From Phoronis australis (taxonomy: Eukaryota > Animalia > Phoronida), in the NCBI GenBank assembly GCA_002633005.1, contig NMRA01000650.1, positions 82,850 to 146,849 on the forward strand: 64,000 nucleotides of DNA, in the 5' to 3' direction. The translations under genes and the position numbers were made by a program. Below are positions 52,801 to 61,800 of this stretch, piece after piece (position 1 is the stretch's first letter; each line of letters begins with the position of its first letter). The notes beneath the pieces are model-generated. The model ran no database searches, was not told where the DNA came from, and saw only the letters and a list, made by a program, of their open reading frames with translations.

Positions 52801-55800
52801 TATATTTAGTATACTGCTTTGCCGCGCAAAGGCTAGTTATGATGCTTCACCCGATAACTAGAACGCCCGTTTTTTTTTCTTGACCAAAACGTCAAATTGG
52901 AGAAAACGATTTTCATTTTGTTCTAAAAGTTACGCAGAGGATAACGTTATAATTACAGTATTTAGCTCAAAGGCTTGCAACGTGAATGTCGGTCTGTGGT
53001 GAAAACTCAAAAGCGCCGCGTGTTATAAAGCCAAGTGTCCTGTAGTGCACAAAAGGTTCGTTGGATTAATCGGCACAAGACCTGCATACGTATATACAGG
53101 TAGCTTCATTGTATGATCTGTGTAGACCTACCGGCAATACATGTACATCTTAGCTTGTTTTTCATTGCGGTTTCAATCCCCGGCGGTCATGTCCAGTCCC
53201 CGGCGGTCCTGTTTTCTGGTGGGGCGGTCCCATTTGATCCCCGGAGGTCCTGTTTTGGGTGAGTCGGTCCGATTTAAGAGGACCGGCGGTCATGTTGTTT
53301 CTCACCCGTGAATATTACTACAAACAACACCTTCACTATAACTCTTGATTAGTGAAATGTTTGTAAATGTCAGTCCATTTGTTCCACATAATGTATATGC
53401 ATTCAATCGTATGCATTTTAAAAGCTGTTCAAAGAAAATTATTTGTTGATTTGCTTTGGACAAGGCTTGATATCCAAGATTAAAATATCCAACATGCCTC
53501 AAGACTTTTACTGTGCTGGTGCACTTGTTCTACGGGCGTTCTGCACGCCACCTGTGAACAACTCCGGTCGAGTCTTCATTTTATTTTGCAGCAATAGATT
53601 CGCAGCACTTCCTGACAACAAAAATATTGTATTTCTAGTTTTGATGGTTTTGCTATTACCTTTGTGAATGTGCGTGTACTTTGTGTTTCGACGTTTTTTA
53701 ATCAACCTTCTCATATTCAAAACTGTCCAGTCAACTACTGGAAATTGAACAGATCGTGAACTTAATAGCATAGTTTCTTGGATGTACGCAGAAAAACATC
53801 CTAGCGCCCAGGGCCAGTTGCGTGAAACATCAGTCATTCAATACATACATATTAGATTAAACGTTTCCAACTTGGAAAAAACGCCCAACATTTGTCCAAG
53901 GTGGCAGAAGAGGAGATCAAACGATGTAATCCTTTTTCCCGTTTTATTAAACCAGGTCCAGGGCACCTTGGGCTCGTTNATGCACTTTAAAAGCTGTTCA
54001 AAGAAAATTATTTGTTGATCTGCTTTGGACAAGGCTTGATATCCAAGACTAAAATATCCAACATGCCTCAAGACTTTCCTGTGCTGGTGCACTTGTTCTA
54101 CGGGCGTTCTGCACGCCACCTGTGAACAACTCCGGTCGAGTCTTCATTTTATTTTGCAGCAATAGATTCGCAGCACTTGCTGACAACAAAAATATCGTAT
54201 TTCTAGTTTTGATGGTTTTGCTATTACCTATGTGAATGTGCGTGTACTTTGTGTTTCGACGTTTTTTAATCAACCTTCTCATATTCAAAACTGTCCAGTC
54301 AACTACTGGAAATTGAACAGATCGTGAACTTAATAGCATAGTTTCTTGGATGTACGCAGAAAAAACATCCTAGCGCCTAGGGTCAGTTGCGTGAAACATC
54401 AGTCATTCAAGTACATACGCATTAGATTAAACGTTTCCAACTTGGAAAAAACGCCCAGCAATTGTCCAAGGTGGCAGAAGAGGAGATCAAACGATGTAAT
54501 CCTTTTTCCCGTTTTATTAAACCAGGTCCAGGGCACCTTGGGCTCGTTACTGAAATCACCCATGTACAAAGGTCTCTTAACTTGGACTTTTTACCGTGGT
54601 TCAAGTTTTGCACTGGCCATTGCGATCTTATTTCATTGTGCCTTAATTTCACGGCTGTTTAAAATTGACTGAAATTAAATCTGACGTAAAATGCTGACTG
54701 ACTCAGAATTTTTTAACAATTCGATCAGTCATGGGGTGTTGACTATCGTATTGTTGAATCTATGCTGATGTTACCCTAGCAATCGTTCCTTTTTGCAAAA
54801 TAAAAAAAATAAAACATCACTGAAATGTATTGCATGGCAGCACGGAGGCTCTAAATTATGTTTCAGTCGTCCAGTTCTTTGAAAATTAAAAAAACAATTT
54901 AAATACAACTGTATATTTAAAGTGATTGAATTCCCAGCAAACCAATCTGGTCCTACTCGTTATTTACAATGCCGCTAAATACAATATTGAACGAAAGCAG
55001 TACCATAAATTACTAACGAGGAAAGTTAAGAAAGTGTCTGTGAATAGGACAAGCATCAATTTTTTATAGTAATTTTGATACCTTTACCACCTCTTGTGTT
55101 GTTGAGGTTAAATTAACCTGGAAGGGATGCTACTGTACTATTTTTGTGCATTGCATTTTGTTTCGTTTTAGGAAGACTCGGCGGTCAGAAAGGAACTTGC
55201 TACACACACAACACCGAATACAACTGGTAAGAATGACTCCATTTGCATAGCATGAATGTGACTCACCGTAGTGACGTACATGTATACCTGGAAAGTGTTT
55301 TGTAGCCCAGTTTCTCTCAAAAATCAGGATATCTGAAGACCTATTAAAGTCACTTTAGTGAAAGTCAAGTGTTTCAGAATTATACTCGGGAGATTACCAG
55401 CCGGACCTACAGTAGAAACATGGTGATCACTGAATTAACAAATACAAAATTGAATACAATACGTTGGGATTCTTCGCCGGCAGCGCAAACAATTGTTGTT
55501 CCTACGGAACTCAATCCGGTGTATCTTAGGCTACCAACGCACTGCAAAACATGAGCACGTAAGGAATGGAATCCGTGAGTTCTGTACCATTATATACGTA
55601 CAGTATTTCAATGTCACCTACCATTCTCTTTGAATGTAGCCCTTCACTACTTGCACGGATTCGCCATTTCGCCCGAACACGAGGTGATGTGGGTAAACTT
55701 CAACGTAGTAATGGTTTGACATGTTTAGGAACCGTCGCTTCCACGTTTGCGGTGATAAAAGAAGCTTCGTGTAGTAAGCAACAGTCACTTTTGCAGCTTC

Positions 55801-58800
55801 ACCTAAGTGTGAAAATATAGAATTTTACCTGGACATGCGGATACAATCTCAAGCATACTCAAAAACACTTGCACTTTTGTCTCTCGTGCTTTTTCAAGGT
55901 CTTGGTGTACATCTAGATTGTTGTTTCACTTGAGACTTTGTTTCTGGAACGCCTTCCTGGTCCATCTGCCTGCGCTACAAAGACGAAGACATCGTGAAAC
56001 TGTAAGATGGTGAAGCAGTTCTATACACTATCTGCGAAACACGTCGAACCAAATCGCCATGTCAATTCTAGACAGCAAGCTCTAACAATCCAACCAATTT
56101 AGGATTGCCAGCTCATATGGCTATGAAATAAACTGTAAGCTGCCTGCTGAAGGGCTGAGATATGCAGTATTGGTTATCAACGTACTTTAAGTTATCTATG
56201 CTTAAAGCAATCTGCAGCCATGTTCTAATCAGTATCATCAAAATTTCATCAATATGGAAAGGGTTCCAAGGTAAAAGCACTCGTATTATTGTGCAGTGGT
56301 GACTTTTCAGAGACCAAATATCAGTGCGACGTAGACGTAATGGTATAACGCAAGACACCAGAGTAACACGTGCACATTGCCGACAAGAAACGTTTTATTC
56401 TAATTATAGTTTATAATCAGGTTTTGAGTCCAAAGAATGGTACAAAAAAATGTGTTTTGACAAAACGTCAATTAAATGAACGGCTATTAGTAAGGCCAAG
56501 TTTCTAACAGTAATTTGAAACGGTGATGTTTTGTAAGTATATTTAAGGATAATTAAGGATATTTAAGGATATTTAAGGATATTTAAGGATATTTAAGTAT
56601 ATTTAAGATATTTAAGGATATTTAAGGATATTTAAGGATATTTAAGATATTTTACACACTTATGTGTATTTAACAAAATATCGTCAATCTTCAAATTTAT
56701 ATAAAAATATTTTAACTGCTGCATCGAGAAAATTTTAATTTTTGAAAATAGGTATACTACATGTAAGTTGCCATTTTTAAGGCAGTGCAACAAAAATACA
56801 GATTTGTATCTACACTTTTGCACTAGCAACATCGTACTTTTTGTTTAATGTAAATGTTCTAGATAACAAGTATCTGTGGCTATGGTACCGTTGTCTAAGT
56901 TACCCCTTCATGTTCATCTCAAACAACGTTAAGTGTTTGTTATTAAAACATCAAAAGTCCTACATTTGATGTTTCCTCATGCTAAACTGTAAAGCTTTAA
57001 AAATAAACCATGAGCAAATTTTCGGAGATCGATGGATAAAGCACGGTTTATGAAAGTCTTATATCCATGTGGTCATTTATTTTTGAGACATTTCCCTCAG
57101 GGTCTGAGCTCAGTCCACTGGGGTAGGTTGTTCACACAACTGTTAACTAAGAGCCAGCATGAGAACATCTGCGTGTCTGGTCACAGGCAATGGTGTTCTT
57201 CGATAGAACTATTTTAAGTGTGCAGAGGGTGTTTGGGACATCAGTGCCGCTACTTTTTGTTGGTATAGTGATGTTTGGTGCAACAATCTTATTCATTCCA
57301 CTATGAGGGGTCCCATAACAAAAAATCCAAGTATTGAACTGAAGGACTCCTTTACTTCGTCATTCGGGAAGTCGAATTGTTGCATGCTAAGTAATGCCTA
57401 TTGTTTTCTGAAAAGCAGTTGGTTACACAGCTTGTTTAGACAATTAAAAAATACTTTAAACCCAACGGCATTTAAACGAAATGTAATAACAATAACTTAA
57501 CGCGCTTTATTACAATTCCACGGAAGTGTGTATCTCGTTTTAATATGGATACGTAGGCGTATCTTTAGCAAATGTGGGTCGATTTTGACAAAAAAACATA
57601 CCCCTGTGGTTGATATAAGATGATTTAAAATTAAATATTAAGTTTAAATGAGAAAAATGCAACAATTGAAATACTCAGCAATATTCCAGTCACAGACCAG
57701 CAGAAAGCTTATAACTGTGGTAAATCAAACGCAAAGCTGTTAACGTAAACAAAACTGCTGCACACATGTTATGTGGCCGTCTGCAGAAACCTACTCGAAC
57801 ATACGGACACTCGACTTCAGACACTGAACGAAATGATAAGATGTGGCGACGTTAGACAAAAATGAACGCATTTCTCCAGTACTGCTAGACCTGCTAGGCA
57901 TGGAACTCTAAAACTGCAACAATATCTACGCAATGCCGAATGCGGTCAAAGAATTCGGACTGACTACCGCTTAGATCGCCATTGTTTTGTCTACATCGAA
58001 GCTCAAAGGTCAAACGTCACATTTCCTTATAAGGGCAGTTTTTGGAGACTCCGGCACTTCGGTGGCCGGGATACAAAAACCAAGCGCACGTGCATGTTAT
58101 TAAAATTGAGGTGAAGCATTATTTTGAATTCAAGAGTTGTGCTTGTTGAAAACTCAACGTACCTGGATTTTTTACCGATTTAAAATTTAACCGCCATAAA
58201 GGCCACTGTCGGTTTCTTGTCAATTCTGAACTGACCTTACCCACCGTCGGTTGGTGTGAAAGTTACCGGTCAAATTCCTCCATATCTTGATCACCGTTTC
58301 GCGATATACTCTCCAAGAAAGTTTATTTGCATTGAATGACAGGTTTTCTCTTTTAACTTATAACTACAATGGGTACATTAGCTAATTAAAAGTCGAGGCA
58401 TTTCTTGCTAGCTGTGTTTCCTGAATAAACAAGCGGATGAACATTTGCAAACGAGAATCAAAATGTGAATCAAAATGTGAATCAAAAACAATGTAACAAC
58501 ATTTGTACATTCAAGCAGTATACATACACTCTTAAATATAGTATGGTCAACATTCAAGAACCGTTCCTCACCGGATATACAGGGTATTCCAGTCACGGAA
58601 ATGGTCAATGATTATCTAATTTCGGCCGAGGTACCAAGAACATTGTGTTTAAGATTCGCACTTTATTATGTAACAGATAAATGCGTCGTGGTATGTTACG
58701 TATTACTTAACTTGGTGTTCTGCATTCTGAATGCTTTCATTTGGAATAAATTTTTGTAATGAGGTCTAAAAATATAAAAAATCATGAGGTTGGACAAGAC

Positions 58801-61800
58801 TACGCCTCGCTGTTTAGACACATCCATGTAATTCTCTTCAATTTAGTGGATTACAGCCATGCTTCACATCTGTCAAAAACTTCAACTACAGAGCGACGTG
58901 TGGCAATAACTGTTATGAAAATCGCCGCCATATATATTGCCGGTGTTGCATCTGGTGTCTTGAGAAAAGAATTACAAAAGTGACATCACATCCTGGTATT
59001 ATAAGTAAATCAGGGGATGTTTAGGATGTCGTTGGATTATGTGTAAACTAATCAAAACGTCTATCAATACCATTAACATTCCTTATACGTGTGCCAATAT
59101 ATTTTCAGAATCACCGAGAAGCCGAGCAGAACTTCATCAACTACTACTACTGGAGGTTGCTGACCAACTCATTGATCGTGATTTTCAAAGACTAAAGACA
59201 TTCTGTGAACATTTGATTGTGTAAGAAAAAACAACCTTAATATTATTTGCGAAAGCATATAATCTAGGGTGTATCAAAGCATTTGGTCCGGTCAAAAACC
59301 ACGACTTTCAATTTTCTGATAGTAGAAATTATGCCAAATTGTGTTGAGCATATACCAATTTGTTAATAATTGGGGCACATGACGTTGTCAATTTTTTAAA
59401 GAATAGCAAAAAGAAAGGTGCATATGTAGCAAAACAACAGTGTTACATGATTAAATTTCGATGTGAACGATCAATGGCGGTTACAGTTTTCTAAATCATG
59501 AAAAGAATATTACGTTGATATATTCGAGGCTGCAATACGGTAGCATTTTTATTTGTTGTTTTGATAGAGTGTGGACAGCATGTTAGTTTTTGAAAAGCTC
59601 ACTTGATAAGGCTTTTGAATTTTGAAAATTGAACAAGGGATGTCACTTATACAGTTTGTGACTTTAACAGCCTAGCATGTTTGTTTAATGTTTCAATAGT
59701 ATGTTCCGCATTACTTCTGCTCGGTGTGTCATATAATTGGTCGAGTTACCAAACTACCAGTCAGAGTACTCTAAACTCGTGAATCTCTTACATTAGTCTA
59801 CATATTTCGTGCTATGAGAAATATGTCATTTCTCCTCACATTTTCCAACGTTTTAAATAGCTCTGAATGGGTTACCACACGTGGTTAAGTTACACAATGT
59901 CTTAACAATTCACCCAAGCAGATCCCTGCTGATGCAATTTCAAAAGAAATCAGCAAGTGAAATATCCGGATTCTCGAGTATATCGTCGATGAGAGTGGTG
60001 AAATATAATAGCCAAACCACAACTTAAAAAATTGCCTTTTGTTTCTTTTTTGAAGTTTGGTTTATGAACTCCCAATTTTGCGGTAGTTCATTGTTTTACA
60101 ATATTGCTTATTTTTTCGATCTTATGCACTCACATTTTCATAAGTGACTGAATTATGCTGTCATACCCTGTCCACTATGCGTGTGTCCAGCGTCCGCTGC
60201 GGCATTTATCTCCGAATTCTCCTGATGGATGTTTATAAAATTTTGAGGTTACGATTCTTTCATAGATTAGAAGGCTTTGCCGAATGTTTGGGTGGATCTG
60301 ATTAGACGGCGGTGTGCCCCTTCAGGGTAATTTTAGTTTTAAGGATTCCACTGTACGTTTGGAGTTCCGGATAAGTTTTTGACGAATAGGTATTTGTTAG
60401 AAAAAACTATGGCCACTGCTCTTTTTGTTCGGAGACTTTCGACACATAATATTTTTTACATTTTTTATACATTTACGAAAACATAAAAAACAAGAACATA
60501 ACGTAAACACACACACACGCACACACACACAAACACACACACAAACACACACACAAAACACACACACGCATACCCCACGCTTAATGCTCTTGACTACTAA
60601 GAAAAACAGTTTCAAAGTTACACCATCATTTTGTACAAATTCTGAACTCAAATCCTTACGAGCACTATACATTTCACTCACATAATATTGTTTGATTAAG
60701 TTAAAAAAATCTACTTAGAAGTAAGGTTTTCAATCTGAACATTTGGCTACAAATAAACTGCTTACCCAATAATAAATACGTTTTTAAATTTTCCCTTTTC
60801 ATCAAAAAAGCCATAATTTATATTGTTGCATGAAAAAGTGCCGACACACTGGGGATTTGCTTTGTTTAAAATTTCATTATTGTGTCCAGAATGAATTTAC
60901 AGTTTCACATTCCCAAAATGAGCGTTTCAAAGTCTCTTTTTATTGTCCACAAAAGGAACAAGTGTCGTCATTCGTAACTTGAATTATTTTTAAAAACGAG
61001 TTGCTAGTCAAAATTCTCGTCAAGAGTCTGAATAGAAGCCACCTAATTCTTGGGTCTCTTGTTATGTTACATAGAAGGGAATTGATAAACCTCTTCCCAT
61101 GATTTTTTTCGTATTTACTTTAAGTTCTTTTGCCGACTTTGACCCGGCTTTTGAAACTTCGGAACTATAATTTAATTGTGTACAAATATGTTGACACCCT
61201 CTCCCACAACTTTTCCGTTTCATTAAAATCTTTGGTACGACAGGATGATACGTATGAAAACTAACATCTGTATCAATAGAACATTTCTGCTGGTGCTTAA
61301 ATATCACTGACATTAGACTGTTATGATTCATTAAGTTCATTTGATAGTTAAAACATCCACAGTAAATCAATAGTTCAAAATATTACCGTTAGGGGAAAAC
61401 AAGTCCTTTATCATAAAGAATATGCCTCCATAGTACCAACTGCTGCACAAAATACTTTTTGCTCCTGCCTCCATTCATCTATCTGATTTTTGATTTCCAA
61501 ACAATTTCCAAAGGAGATAACACATTCAAATATCTTTCCACAATCAAAATTAGGCAAATTTATCTCAAGAAAGTAAACTCCATACTTGGCAAAAATTTTA
61601 ATCTCTGGAAAACTCAAATGAAACAAACTTAGACTGACCGCTTACAATTTTTTAACAAGTTAATCTTTAAAGCCCTACAGAAGGAAAATATGTTAATGCT
61701 TCTAATACCTCCTTCATTACGATTACAAACAGTTCGGTAGCGCTTAATTTTGTCACTTCCACCTTGCCAGAGGAATTCAAAGAAAATTGAGTTTAGTTTT

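Noticed and set aside
57700-58020. Possible degenerate THAP-domain relic on the minus strand
   Set aside because: Only a vague VCS..F-like hint, with no coherent frame or termini.
60397-60685. ORFs with CV/HT repeats
   Set aside because: These are translations of the (CA)n microsatellite.
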